Virus record (IMG/VR): IMGVR_UViG_3300037483_001819
Location: 1-37,474 of that record
Strand: one strand, 5' to 3'
From: a virus
Taxonomy: Duplodnaviria; Caudoviricetes
Length of the DNA stretch: 37,474 bases
Each line of letters opens with the position of its first letter. Position 1 is the stretch's first letter. The notes beneath the pieces were generated by a model, which ran no database searches, was not told where the DNA came from, and worked only from the letters and a program-made list of their open reading frames with translations. The position numbers and the translations under genes were made by a program. Below are positions 24,131 to 34,018 of the stretch, in pieces.

Positions 24131-25561
24131 ATGAAAAAACTCTTTGCACTTTTGATAATACTGTTGGTCCCGGCCTATGCTCAGGCAGAGACACTCTCCG
24201 CAAAAATCAATACAGCAGCAACTTATGACTCAGCAAAAATTACTCTTCAGCGGGGGGACACTGAATTTTCATTGGCAGGGTTATCTGTCCCAACCACCCT
24301 TGCAAGGTCGGCATTTAATCCTATTTTCTCCCCTACTGGCACTGGATGGGAGTCCGCCAGAGTATACTCGCCTATAATTCTGAAGGAAGATGGCATTTAT
24401 TATATGTGGTATACGGGATTTGACGATTCTCCTATATCAGCCAGCATTGGGGTAGCAACATCTTTTGATGGTCTTAATTGGACCAGATACGCAGGCAATC
24501 CTATTTTACAACCAGGAACTGCCGGGACTTGGGATGATTATTTAGTCATATCGGCAGGGAGCGTCATCAATGACAACGGCACTTATAAAATGTGGTACAC
24601 CGGCAATGATGGGACAACAAACAAAATTGGCTATGCCACAGCAACATCACCTTTTGGCCCTTGGACCAAATATGCAAGCAACCCTGTATTGGATTTGGGA
24701 GCTGGTGGGACATGGGATGATTACATCGTTGCTGGTGGACAAGTAATTAAGGATGGCAGCACTTACAAGATGTGGTATGGAGGCCATGATGGGGCCGCTT
24801 ACCGTGTAGGCTACGCTACAAGCAGCGATGGTATATCCTGGACTAAATATGCAAGTAATCCAGTATTGGATTTGGGTACGGGAGGATCTTGGGATGATGT
24901 CATTGTTGATATGCCTAAAGTGCTTAAAAAAGCAGGCACATATCATATGTGGTATAGAGGCTATGATGGTGCATACTCCCGTATCGGATACGCCTCCTCA
25001 TCCGATGGAATATCCTGGACCAAATATGCAAGTAACCCCGTGCTCACTTTAGGTACGGGAGGGGCCTGGGACGACGACCAGGTGTATTACCATGAGGTTA
25101 TTAATGATGGTGATATTTTTAAAATGTGGTATACAGGTACGAAGTCTTCAGGACTGGTAAAAATAGGCTATGCTGTGTTTAACACCTTTTCCTTCGATGC
25201 AACAGCCCCCACAATCGACCCTGTTTTTTTAGTGGATAGTGGCGCCAGCAGCGCGGAATGGAATATGTCGTCTCTCAACATAATAGAGAATCAGGGGGAT
25301 GAGACAGGGGCTATAACATATCAATACAGTTGTGATAGTGGGTCACGCAGTTATAACGGCTCATGGCTGACACTAGCGCAGTTGCAGTCTGGAGCTGATC
25401 CCACCGGACAATATTTGGCAATCAAGGCAACACTTACGTCAGGAGGCACACAAGACGCCAGTATTGCTGATAGCAGTATTGATGTAGCTTTGCCTGTTTC
25501 AACCGGTGGCAGTGGAAGCAGATCTCAAATAGGCGGTAAATCGGAGGTGTTTGGTGATTAA
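24131..25561 (+). CDS. Signal-peptide protein with five-bladed beta-propeller glycosidase-like repeats (GH32/43/130-like fold)
   Basis: MKKLFALLIILLVPAYAQA; five repeats of NPV/IL...WDD...VI.D...YKMWY.G...IGYA.S.DG..W. Confidence 0.8.
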   Translation: MKKLFALLIILLVPAYAQAETLSAKINTAATYDSAKITLQRGDTEFSLAGLSVPTTLARSAFNPIFSPTGTGWESARVYSPIILKEDGIYYMWYTGFDDSPISASIGVATSFDGLNWTRYAGNPILQPGTAGTWDDYLVISAGSVINDNGTYKMWYTGNDGTTNKIGYATATSPFGPWTKYASNPVLDLGAGGTWDDYIVAGGQVIKDGSTYKMWYGGHDGAAYRVGYATSSDGISWTKYASNPVLDLGTGGSWDDVIVDMPKVLKKAGTYHMWYRGYDGAYSRIGYASSSDGISWTKYASNPVLTLGTGGAWDDDQVYYHEVINDGDIFKMWYTGTKSSGLVKIGYAVFNTFSFDATAPTIDPVFLVDSGASSAEWNMSSLNIIENQGDETGAITYQYSCDSGSRSYNGSWLTLAQLQSGADPTGQYLAIKATLTSGGTQDASIADSSIDVALPVSTGGSGSRSQIGGKSEVFGD

Positions 25562-26738
25562 AAAATTATTATGTTTTACATTGGTAATAGTTTTATTTTG
25601 TGCAATATCACAACAGGCGCAGGCACAGTCTGAGGCTTTTTCCTTTGCTGACAGGACCCTTACTGGCAAGGTACTGGCTGATATCACAATAGATTTTTGC
25701 AAGGAGATGAATGGCGATGCGGTCTCACAGACAGGCATGACCCTGGTGGAACTGGGCGTTGGAAAATACGTGTTGAATAATCCTAACGTGACGGAGAGGA
25801 CTGTATGCTCGGGATACCTAACTGCTGATGATACAAAATCGTTTTCCATACTGTTCGATCCTGTTGATGGGGATATAGCCCTTGAGACAACTGCACAGAG
25901 CATACTCACAGATACAGGTACAACCTTAGATGGGAAAATAGATACTATTGCTGTTGACGTTGCAGGACTTGATGGAGCAGCTATGAGGGGGACTGATAAT
26001 GCTGCCCTCGCCTCAGTATGCACAGAGATAAGACTGGCTGAACTGGATGCGGGGAATTTACCGGCCAACATTGACACAATCGCCGGTGACGTAGCTGGCC
26101 TTGACGGGGCGGCGATGAGAGGGACAGATGGGGCATATACAGGCACTCCCCCAACAGCCGAGGCCATACGCACAGAGATGGATAACAACAGTACAAAACT
26201 GGCCGCTATTCCTACAAACCCACTCCTGACAAATGATGCTCGTATACCTGCGACGCTTATTGCGTCTCAGGCGGATGTGGAGGCGCTGCCGGCTGCTTCT
26301 GATATCTGGGGCTTTGCCAGACGGGATCTCACCTCCGCCTATACAGACGAGTCTCCGGTCCGTGACATGGCCGGGGCCGTGGTTGTTCTGCCTGCCATCC
26401 AGGGACAGGCATATACAGCTGTTGCAGCTCAAGCGCTGGAGATATCCATTGTCCGGGGCGATTCACCCAGAATCCCCTTTGACCTGGGCGCAGACTACAC
26501 TGGCTGGACTATTAAGTTTGGCGCAAAGGCAAGCTCCTCATCAACCGCGGCATATGTTATAGCGCTGAAAGACGGCTCCTGGTCAGATGCCTCAGCAGGG
26601 GAAGGCTATGTAGACCTCACATCAACAGACACTTCCTCAGCGCAGAAACTCTATGCAGAGGTGGAGCTGCGCAATGGGGACCAGAGGCTCACTGTAATCA
26701 AGTTTGTTTTGAAAATCATGGAGGACGTAATCAGATGA
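25551..26738 (+). CDS. Signal-peptide virion-associated hypothetical protein, C-terminal BppU-like domain
   Basis: KKLLCFTLVIVLFCAISQQAQA; internal repeat IDTIAxDVAGLDGAAMRGTD; ISIVRGDS...YTGWTIKF. Confidence 0.6.
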   Translation: MVIKKLLCFTLVIVLFCAISQQAQAQSEAFSFADRTLTGKVLADITIDFCKEMNGDAVSQTGMTLVELGVGKYVLNNPNVTERTVCSGYLTADDTKSFSILFDPVDGDIALETTAQSILTDTGTTLDGKIDTIAVDVAGLDGAAMRGTDNAALASVCTEIRLAELDAGNLPANIDTIAGDVAGLDGAAMRGTDGAYTGTPPTAEAIRTEMDNNSTKLAAIPTNPLLTNDARIPATLIASQADVEALPAASDIWGFARRDLTSAYTDESPVRDMAGAVVVLPAIQGQAYTAVAAQALEISIVRGDSPRIPFDLGADYTGWTIKFGAKASSSSTAAYVIALKDGSWSDASAGEGYVDLTSTDTSSAQKLYAEVELRNGDQRLTVIKFVLKIMEDVIR

Positions 26739-27193
26739 GCTACAACCTTTATGCCAGTCTAAAAGACCAGCTGCCTGAAAAAAAGATCATACAGCTCTGT
26801 GATGATGAACAACTGCGGCCTGATGTCCTGGACTCTGCGGAGACAGCACACGCCGCGATATTCAGCCGCATCAATGAGGCCGGGGACAATGCTGACGCAG
26901 AGGCAGACAGTTACTGCGGGGCAAAATACAGCGTGCCCTTTGCAACGCCCCCTGCAGAGGTCAAAAGGCTTTCCCTGGAGATATGGATATACAACCTCTA
27001 TAAGCGCCGCACGGTGCCGGAGGAGATTGAAAAACGCTACGACAAGGCGATCAGACAACTCCAGGACATCGCAAAGGGGATTAAGACCCTTGGCGTGGAT
27101 CCGCCGCCCTCAGCTCCGACAGAAGGCGGCGCTGAATCAAACAAAACAGAATCCGATCGCATCTTTACCAGGACAAAGCTGGAGGGGTTTTAA
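26735..27193 (+). CDS. Mu gp36-like (DUF1320) head-tail connector
   Basis: IIQLCDD, ADAEADSY...YSVP, IYNLYKRR, RYDKAIRQLQDIAKG...LG, RIFTR. Confidence 0.92.
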   Translation: MSYNLYASLKDQLPEKKIIQLCDDEQLRPDVLDSAETAHAAIFSRINEAGDNADAEADSYCGAKYSVPFATPPAEVKRLSLEIWIYNLYKRRTVPEEIEKRYDKAIRQLQDIAKGIKTLGVDPPPSAPTEGGAESNKTESDRIFTRTKLEGF

Positions 27194-27640
27194 GTGGCCT
27201 ACGAAATCGAGGATATCCAGGGCGGGATACTGGCCGCGCTCAGGGCGTATGCGGGAATGCCGGCAGAGGTCAGGACCATAGAGGCGTACCACGGGGAGAT
27301 CCCGGACATCATCGACGATGTGGTAAAAGGCGACCTTGATTTTGACCTTAACGCAGTCCTTGTATGCTATGCAGGCTCTAAATTCACGGAAGACGCGAAC
27401 CTGTCTTTCACTGATGAACAGTTATTCGCAGTCACCTGCATATCGGAAAACCTCAGGAGTAGGGAAGAGGTACAGACCAATATGCTGGCGATGCTCAAAG
27501 TATTAAAGACGTGCCTGATTGCAGAGGACCTCGACCTGAACATCGAGCCGCTTAAGCCTGTATCAATCGCCCTGGAGCACGCGACAAAGACCGTAAGTAT
27601 ATATAGCTTTCTGATAGAAACATCATTTTCAATGGATTAA
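27194..27640 (+). CDS. Mu gp37-like (DUF1834) tail completion protein
   Basis: IEAYHGE, AVLVCYAGS; follows gp36. Confidence 0.75.
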   Translation: MAYEIEDIQGGILAALRAYAGMPAEVRTIEAYHGEIPDIIDDVVKGDLDFDLNAVLVCYAGSKFTEDANLSFTDEQLFAVTCISENLRSREEVQTNMLAMLKVLKTCLIAEDLDLNIEPLKPVSIALEHATKTVSIYSFLIETSFSMD

Positions 27641-27659
27641 ATAAAAAGGAGGAAACACA

Positions 27660-28925
27660 ATGAAAAATTATCTGGCAAATTATGATCAGATCGCGGTATC
27701 GGCGAACCTGAAGGAAACAGCGCTCAACACAGAGCAGACGCTCGATACGCAGTTGCTGGTCGCAAAGTCCACTGTCCTGAATCTGGAGCCGAGGCGTGAG
27801 GACAACAAAGACGAGCTCACAGGCAAGGAAGAGGCAGACACCATCTATGACCTGGGCAACCTCTCAAACGCCGTACTTGCATTTGATAAGGCGCAGACGC
27901 AGCATTTTGGCTTCGGCTATTCATACGGAATGGGAGTTTCAACCCCGTCAGCCTGGGGCGGCGGATTCAAACACGCGATCACGCCGACAAGCGACCTGGA
28001 ACTGCCCTCCTTCACAGCAGTCATGAGGGTTGGCCGCACGATCATGAAGAGGCGCTTTGCCTCTATGTTTGTTGACACACTCAAGGCGACCTATGCAAAG
28101 GACTCCTGGGCAAAACTCGAACTGGGGATAAAGGGCACAGGCAAATTCACAGACAACATGACCTCTGAGATAGTCGAGGCTGCCTTTAACGCAACAGCCC
28201 TCACACTGGCTGCAAATGCAGTTGAAGGCGCAACAGCAGCCCTCAGGCTTGACAACGTCCACAGCATCAGGGTAGTTGTCCCGGCAACAGGAGAATATCA
28301 GGAAGTGGTATTTTCCGCTGTCTCAGATGCCACCCCTGCTGTCATAACAATAGTTGCCCCAGGGGTCGCAGCCACTCTCTGTAATTACGAGATCCTCTAT
28401 ACGCCTGAAGAGGCTGCCTGGTGCACGTTCCCGGCAAGGGTGTCAGAGCCGCCGCTGAGGGTGACTGACCTGGTTGTCAAGATCGGCGGCAAATGGTCAG
28501 GGTCCGCGTTTCTGGGCGGCAGGACGTACTCCTCAGAGATCGAGTCCATCGAGCATAACCTCAACAATCAATTATTGGTTGAATACAGGGTCGGCGGCAC
28601 CGGCAACTATGCCAACTCTGCCATCAAGCAAGGCAGGCTCCAGACCCTTGCGCTTAACAGGCAGGCCCGGGACTTCATCCTGCAGCAAAAACTTTCAGAG
28701 ACCGAATATTTCGGCGTCTCGATGGTGGCCACAGGCGCTGAGTTTGAGACAGGCAAGAATTACTACGTCTCAGCCGTATTTCCCCGCTGTGCGATACTGA
28801 AGGCCCCCATAACAGTCAACGGCAACATACTGGCTGAGGCAGGGGACTTCACAGTACTTGAAGACGACACTTATGGCTCAGCGATCATCGAGGTGGGCAA
28901 TGAAGTCACAGGGTACGCGCAGTAG
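27660..28925 (+). CDS. Major tail tube protein (putative)
   Basis: Lies between tail completion and chaperone/tape measure genes; HAITP...LPSFT; strong RBS. Confidence 0.7.
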   Translation: MKNYLANYDQIAVSANLKETALNTEQTLDTQLLVAKSTVLNLEPRREDNKDELTGKEEADTIYDLGNLSNAVLAFDKAQTQHFGFGYSYGMGVSTPSAWGGGFKHAITPTSDLELPSFTAVMRVGRTIMKRRFASMFVDTLKATYAKDSWAKLELGIKGTGKFTDNMTSEIVEAAFNATALTLAANAVEGATAALRLDNVHSIRVVVPATGEYQEVVFSAVSDATPAVITIVAPGVAATLCNYEILYTPEEAAWCTFPARVSEPPLRVTDLVVKIGGKWSGSAFLGGRTYSSEIESIEHNLNNQLLVEYRVGGTGNYANSAIKQGRLQTLALNRQARDFILQQKLSETEYFGVSMVATGAEFETGKNYYVSAVFPRCAILKAPITVNGNILAEAGDFTVLEDDTYGSAIIEVGNEVTGYAQ

Positions 28926-29022
28926 AGGCCGTGAAGCGTGAAGAGTGAAGAGTGAAAAGCCCGCCACAGGAGGGTCCGCCGAGGCGGATGAAATGTAAGG
29001 GCGAGGCGAGCCCCTCGCCCTT
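28926..29022 (+). repeat. Composite element AGGCC(GTGAAnn)n...TGAAATGTA-hairpin after major tail gene
   Basis: Related to 23589-23647. Confidence 0.7.
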
Positions 29023-29038
29023 TAAAAAAGGGAGATCA

Positions 29039-29539
29039 ATGGAAAATAAATTTGAATACGAAATAGACGGACGCAGATTTATTCAGCGTCAACTGGTGCC
29101 GGGCCAGATTAAGCAGCTCAGAAAATTTCTTGAGGGCATGGTCCTGCCAGTTGATTTCAGTCCTTCCAATATTTTAGCTGTGCTGGGTGACAGGGTCAGT
29201 GAGGCAGCGGCCATAGTATTGACCCCTTCGGATGGAACAGAGGGGGGATATTTAGCGCTTAAAAACAAAGATGTCAAAGCACTGACAGAGGAGTTTGAAT
29301 ATTCTCTGGCCATAGAGACCTCCATTCAAGTGGTGACGGATTTTTTCGACTGCAACCCGATAGCTTCCATATTGGAGAAGCTGGCGGGGGCGGCAACAAA
29401 AATGACGGACCAGGTGATTACACTGAGGAGGACAGCGATGAAATCGACAGCCTTGTCGCAACCCTCGCAGGAGGAGACATCACCAAAAGAGACAGCATCC
29501 TCTGGGGATACAGTCTTGCAGAGTGCAGACCTTACCTGA
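29039..29539 (+). CDS. Tail assembly chaperone (gpG-like)
   Basis: GGGAG RBS before ATG 29039; between tube and tape measure; contains slippery T TTT TTC. Confidence 0.75.
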   Translation: MENKFEYEIDGRRFIQRQLVPGQIKQLRKFLEGMVLPVDFSPSNILAVLGDRVSEAAAIVLTPSDGTEGGYLALKNKDVKALTEEFEYSLAIETSIQVVTDFFDCNPIASILEKLAGAATKMTDQVITLRRTAMKSTALSQPSQEETSPKETASSGDTVLQSADLT

Positions 29540-29739
29540 AATACAGGTCAAGGGAGGTCCTCTTCAGGGAGGTGATCATCAGTGTCTTTACAGGCGGCAA
29601 GGATGCGGGCAAGGAGACATGCAATGAGCAAACAAAAGAAAACTGCAGGGCTGAATTCGGGGATTTCCTTGAGTGGGCCTGCGACAAGTGCGAGATGAAC
29701 ACTAAAAAAATAAAAACAGCTAAGGCCGCAGATGAATAA
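29341..29739 (+). CDS. -1 frameshift extension of tail chaperone (gpGT-like)
   Basis: -1 frame is open 29299-29739 (…EIDSLVATLAGGDITKRDSILWGY…); no early start codon; stop overlaps the tape measure ATG. Confidence 0.75.
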   Translation, partial: FFRLQPDSFHIGEAGGGGNKNDGPGDYTEEDSDEIDSLVATLAGGDITKRDSILWGYSLAECRPYLKYRSREVLFREVIISVFTGGKDAGKETCNEQTKENCRAEFGDFLEWACDKCEMNTKKIKTAKAADE

Positions 29740-32239
29740 GGTCCAGATAACCATAGAGGCGTACAACAAGGCCAAAACTGCCTTTGATGAACTGACTAAA
29801 CAGGTAAAAGGCGTTGATGAAGGCATAAAGTCCTCTGATAAAAACATGCAGGCCTTTGGCAGTCGCGCCATCGCTGTCGGCAATATCGTACAGGCAGTTT
29901 TCGGTGTCGCTATTGTTGCGGCGATGACGCGTGCGCTGGTCGAACCGTTTAAGAAAGGCCTTGCCGCTGCGGATGACTACAAAACATCGCTCGCTACGCT
30001 TTCGGCCATCACACTGACTTTCATGAAACAGGAAGGCACTATTGATCAAAGGTGGAAAGAGGCAAAAGAATATGCAGAGGGGCTAATTCCAGCAGTCGAG
30101 GACCTTGCCGCAAAAACGCTTTTATCAGGCGAACAGGCAAATATGATGGTGCAGGAGTTTGCGAAGGCTGGGCAGGTAATAGACGCCACAAATAAGTCAC
30201 AAACGGATGGTCTCCAAAATATTGCCAACGCACTTTTTGTGGTTACTGGCGGCAGAAATCTTGACATGCAGATCATTACGGAAATCGGACATCTGATGGC
30301 CGGGCAGGTGACTGCCCAGGACAGACTCGGCAAGCTGTTGTTAGCGGTTGACCCTGAACTTCAGAAACATCTTAAAACGTGGACTGCCGAGGGCACGGTC
30401 ATTGAACATATAGGCCAACTACTGCAAGGCTTTGAGCCGGCAACAAAGGACCTTGCAGAGACGTGGAATGCTGTCAAATCAACTATTGAGACAACCACAA
30501 ACCAGATTCTCCGGGGCGCCATGCTGCCCGCTTATGGACAGATCATGGGGGTCCTTTCAGATATCCAGATTTTATTGAATGACCATAAGGATACAATACA
30601 GCAGGGTATTCATAAGGCATGGGTAGCTGTGAGCGGGATCGTCAGAAGTGTTTTTGATCTGCTTTTAATTTTCAAGGGGCCTTTGACCGTTGCCTCCGGG
30701 TTGGTAGGTATGATGCTTGAGGGCTGGGGCGCGATTTTTGCGGTCCTCCCGGCAGTTACTGGCAGAATCAGAGATATCTTTCAGGCCATATGGGAATCAG
30801 TCAAGATGGTAGGCCACTTCGGAGAGGCGCTTTATCGCCTTGTTATCGGAGACTTTGCCGGGTCAAAAAACGCATGGGAACAGGCAAAGAAAAACTGGAA
30901 CGAGTCAGGCAGGTTGACGGGACAGGCATTTGCCGGAGGGTTTGGGCAGGAAGTCGACAAGCTGTTAACTGATTACTACAGTAAGGGGCTATCGCAGGAT
31001 AAGAGACAGGGAAAGTTACCAAAGCTCAACAGATCCCTGTCCGAGGACGAAGATGCCACGGCAAAAAAGGCAAAATCAGAATTCTTCGGGCCTGACAAGA
31101 CGGAGTTTGAGAAATATAAAAGAGCTGCTGAAGAGGTACTTAATAAGATCAGGGACCTCACAGAGGATGAATTTGAAGTCCGCAGGCAAAAGGCCATGGA
31201 GTGGTATCAGGAGCAGGCTGCAATACTTGGAAACACGCCTGATCTCTATAAGGCGCTGCAACTGGAGATTGCAACGATAGATTCTGAGGCAGCGGATGAG
31301 AGGGCAAAAATCGCAAAGGAGATGAAAGACTCCTGGCTCGACTCCATGGGCGCTATCACTGACCAGTTTGAGACACTCTCCATGACTGAAAAAGAACAGA
31401 TGCTGCCTTTGATGGAGGAGTTTATGCAGAAGCTCGCCTCAACAGGCGACATAGGCTCGGATGCCTATAACAGGATATTTGAAGCGCTTAAACGCTACGG
31501 GGTCGAGCTGAAAGAACTTAACCAATTGCAAATTGAGACTAACGGCACCTTTCAGCAGGGGATGTCAGCAGGGATTGACGAATACTTTGCGCATTTTGAA
31601 ACAAAATTTCAGGAGGGCAAGGATCTCGTTATCAATGTGGCACAGGAGATGGAGCAGGGGTTTAATAATTTTTTCTTTGACGCCATGACAGGCAAATTAC
31701 AAACCCTGCAGGATTACTGGAGGAGCTTTGCAAATGCTGTTATGGGGTATCTCTCTGAGATCATGGCAAAACAGGCCATGTCCGGATTGTTTGGCAATGG
31801 ATCATCCGGCGGCTCAGGGCTTGTGGGCGCTTTTATTTCAGCATTTGGGATGGCAGGCGGCAGCAGCATGCCGGCAGGCTCTGCTATCGCCTCTGATTTG
31901 TTTGTTGGCCATACAGGCGGGGCAGTCAAAAATTTGGGGCATTATGTCCCGAAGTTTCACCTTGGCGGGCTTGCCTCTGATGAGCGCATGACAGTCAATA
32001 AAGTCGGAGAGAGATATATTACGGCTGAACAAAATGAATGGCTTACAAACGTCGCCAGAACGATAGGCAAAGAAGAAAGCCAGGTTAACTATCAGCAGCC
32101 ACCTGTGATTGTCCATATGACTGTCAATGCCATTGATGCAAAGTCTTTTGAGGGGCGCATTATGGAAAGTAAAAACGCCATAGCTGCGGCAGTCATGTCA
32201 GCCGGGTCAAACAATCATCCGGCCAGGAGATCCAGATAA
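29732..32239 (+). CDS. Tail tape measure protein
   Basis: 835 aa, Ala/Gly-rich helical; N-terminal VQITIEAYNKAK; lambda-like C-terminal region and FHLGG motif. Confidence 0.92.
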   Translation: MNKVQITIEAYNKAKTAFDELTKQVKGVDEGIKSSDKNMQAFGSRAIAVGNIVQAVFGVAIVAAMTRALVEPFKKGLAAADDYKTSLATLSAITLTFMKQEGTIDQRWKEAKEYAEGLIPAVEDLAAKTLLSGEQANMMVQEFAKAGQVIDATNKSQTDGLQNIANALFVVTGGRNLDMQIITEIGHLMAGQVTAQDRLGKLLLAVDPELQKHLKTWTAEGTVIEHIGQLLQGFEPATKDLAETWNAVKSTIETTTNQILRGAMLPAYGQIMGVLSDIQILLNDHKDTIQQGIHKAWVAVSGIVRSVFDLLLIFKGPLTVASGLVGMMLEGWGAIFAVLPAVTGRIRDIFQAIWESVKMVGHFGEALYRLVIGDFAGSKNAWEQAKKNWNESGRLTGQAFAGGFGQEVDKLLTDYYSKGLSQDKRQGKLPKLNRSLSEDEDATAKKAKSEFFGPDKTEFEKYKRAAEEVLNKIRDLTEDEFEVRRQKAMEWYQEQAAILGNTPDLYKALQLEIATIDSEAADERAKIAKEMKDSWLDSMGAITDQFETLSMTEKEQMLPLMEEFMQKLASTGDIGSDAYNRIFEALKRYGVELKELNQLQIETNGTFQQGMSAGIDEYFAHFETKFQEGKDLVINVAQEMEQGFNNFFFDAMTGKLQTLQDYWRSFANAVMGYLSEIMAKQAMSGLFGNGSSGGSGLVGAFISAFGMAGGSSMPAGSAIASDLFVGHTGGAVKNLGHYVPKFHLGGLASDERMTVNKVGERYITAEQNEWLTNVARTIGKEESQVNYQQPPVIVHMTVNAIDAKSFEGRIMESKNAIAAAVMSAGSNNHPARRSR

Positions 32240-32779
32240 ATGTCCACACAGACTTTTCCCACGACTATAATTTTTAATTATCCTTTTATCAAAATCCCCG
32301 AATTCCGGACAAATATTATTTCTTACGGCAATAAGGTTGAACAGCGCATAGCCATGGATTCGGCTGCCAGATATTCATTTTCGGGCACGTTGGCCAGACG
32401 GGATGCGGCATCAGCAAATCAGATACTTGCGTTTTTTGAAGCCAGGAAGGGGTCCTGCGAGAGCTTTTATCTTCAGTCTCCGGAGGAGGCGCTCAGAGGT
32501 ACAACCTGGGCTGCCGGCACAGTTTATACAGCGGGGTTGATTGTACGTCCGACCACGATTAACAACCGCTCATACAAATGCACGGTTGGCGGCACAAGTC
32601 ATGCGGCAACAGAGCCTGTATGGCCTACAACAGTTAACGGCACTGTCGCCGACAACACAGTGACATGGGCGGAAAACACATATTTAGTGCGGTTCAAGGA
32701 GGACTCCATTAACCAGGAATATTTCCGCTATATGCTTTATACCTTCGGGGTTGTTAAGTTCATCCAGGTCTCAGCATGA
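32240..32779 (+). CDS. Distal tail protein (DUF2460-like) with inserted carbohydrate-binding-like module
   Basis: FRTNI...EQR, FFEARKG..ESF, VRF; insert WAAGTVYTAG...YKCTVGGTS..TEPVWPT. Confidence 0.75.
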   Translation: MSTQTFPTTIIFNYPFIKIPEFRTNIISYGNKVEQRIAMDSAARYSFSGTLARRDAASANQILAFFEARKGSCESFYLQSPEEALRGTTWAAGTVYTAGLIVRPTTINNRSYKCTVGGTSHAATEPVWPTTVNGTVADNTVTWAENTYLVRFKEDSINQEYFRYMLYTFGVVKFIQVSA

Positions 32780-33603
32780 CAGTTGTATATACAGGCGCAA
32801 ATCCGACTATTGCTGATATATACATAATAACGTGCAAGGACGGCTCTATAGCTCGTTTTACATCACATGACAGCAACATCGTATACGCCGGTAATACGTA
32901 TCAGGCGATTCCGATATCCAGATCAAATGTGGAATTTCACTCCAACTTGCAGGTAGATAAGGTTGATATATCATTCGGACTTATCGGAATAACTGTGGGT
33001 ACGAGTTCATACAGTATCCCGCAGGTTATAAGACGGGGGTTTTTAAGAGAGGCCCACGTTGAAATATACAGAGTAGATTATGTGGCATTAAATGACCATG
33101 ATATTCTTTTTGATGGCTATGTTTCAGGGGACATATCGTTTAATGCAGGAGTAGTAACTTTGTCTGTTGGTTCGATGCTGGATAGATTAAACGATAAATT
33201 CCCGAAGATCGCATATACGGAAACCTGCAATCATAAACTTTACGGAACATATTGCGGACTGACCAAAAACGACTACCGTTTAAGCGGTACTGCTGACACG
33301 GGCTCGACACAGAAAAAGATATATCACCCCTTATTTGCCTTTGCTGAATACGCTGAAGGATACTGGGTAAAAGGCGAGTTGCGTGTCGGTCAAATAGAGT
33401 CTCGTTCGATTGAGACGCATGGTGATGGCTTTGTAACTGTTATGTTTCCTTTTGAAGAGACAATCGAGGATGGTATAACTGAAATCGAGGCGTGGCCCGG
33501 ATGTGATAAAACAGATGTGACCTGCAATGATAAATTCTCAAACATTGAAAATTTCCTAGGTTTTACGAAGATCCCCAAGCCGGAAACTTTATATTATGCG
33601 TAA
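32776..33603 (+). CDS. DUF2163/BR0599-like tail hub protein
   Basis: RFTSHD, CNHKLY...CGL, PGCDKT..TC..KFSN..NFLGF..IP. Confidence 0.88.
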   Translation: MTVVYTGANPTIADIYIITCKDGSIARFTSHDSNIVYAGNTYQAIPISRSNVEFHSNLQVDKVDISFGLIGITVGTSSYSIPQVIRRGFLREAHVEIYRVDYVALNDHDILFDGYVSGDISFNAGVVTLSVGSMLDRLNDKFPKIAYTETCNHKLYGTYCGLTKNDYRLSGTADTGSTQKKIYHPLFAFAEYAEGYWVKGELRVGQIESRSIETHGDGFVTVMFPFEETIEDGITEIEAWPGCDKTDVTCNDKFSNIENFLGFTKIPKPETLYYA

Positions 33604-34018
33604 TCAGGAGATAATCACAGAAGCCCGCCTATGGAAGGGCACCAGATGGATGCACGGCCAGGCCCTTAGAGGCGTTGGCACGGACTGCATACAATTCCTG
33701 ATATCAATTGCAAAGAAATTCATGTTAGTGCCTCAAGATTATAAACCACCTGCATACACTCGTGATTATGCTTTGCATAATGATGTGAGTTTAATGAAAC
33801 AGGAAATAAGTAAATTTTGCTTTGAAGTAAAAGATATGCAGAGTGGTGACATTATTCTCTATAAAGTAGGTAAGTGCGCGTCACATGCCGGGATATATGT
33901 TGGAGGCAATAAGGTCATTCATTCACACATTAAGCAAGGCGTTATTGAAGACGAATTGAGAAACATCAAATTCCCGGTTGACAGCGTATGGAGGTTCAAT
34001 GTTCACACGACTGATTAA
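33596..34018 (+). CDS. NlpC/P60 tail-associated peptidase
   Basis: ARLWKGTRWMHG...GVGTDC, GDIILY, HAGIY, VIHS. Confidence 0.9.
   Translation: MRNQEIITEARLWKGTRWMHGQALRGVGTDCIQFLISIAKKFMLVPQDYKPPAYTRDYALHNDVSLMKQEISKFCFEVKDMQSGDIILYKVGKCASHAGIYVGGNKVIHSHIKQGVIEDELRNIKFPVDSVWRFNVHTTD

Noticed and set aside
24640-25080. Diversity-generating retroelement TR/VR pair in near-identical repeats
   Set aside because: Repeats are in-frame propeller blades, differences are not confined to adenines, and there is no reverse transcriptase in the window
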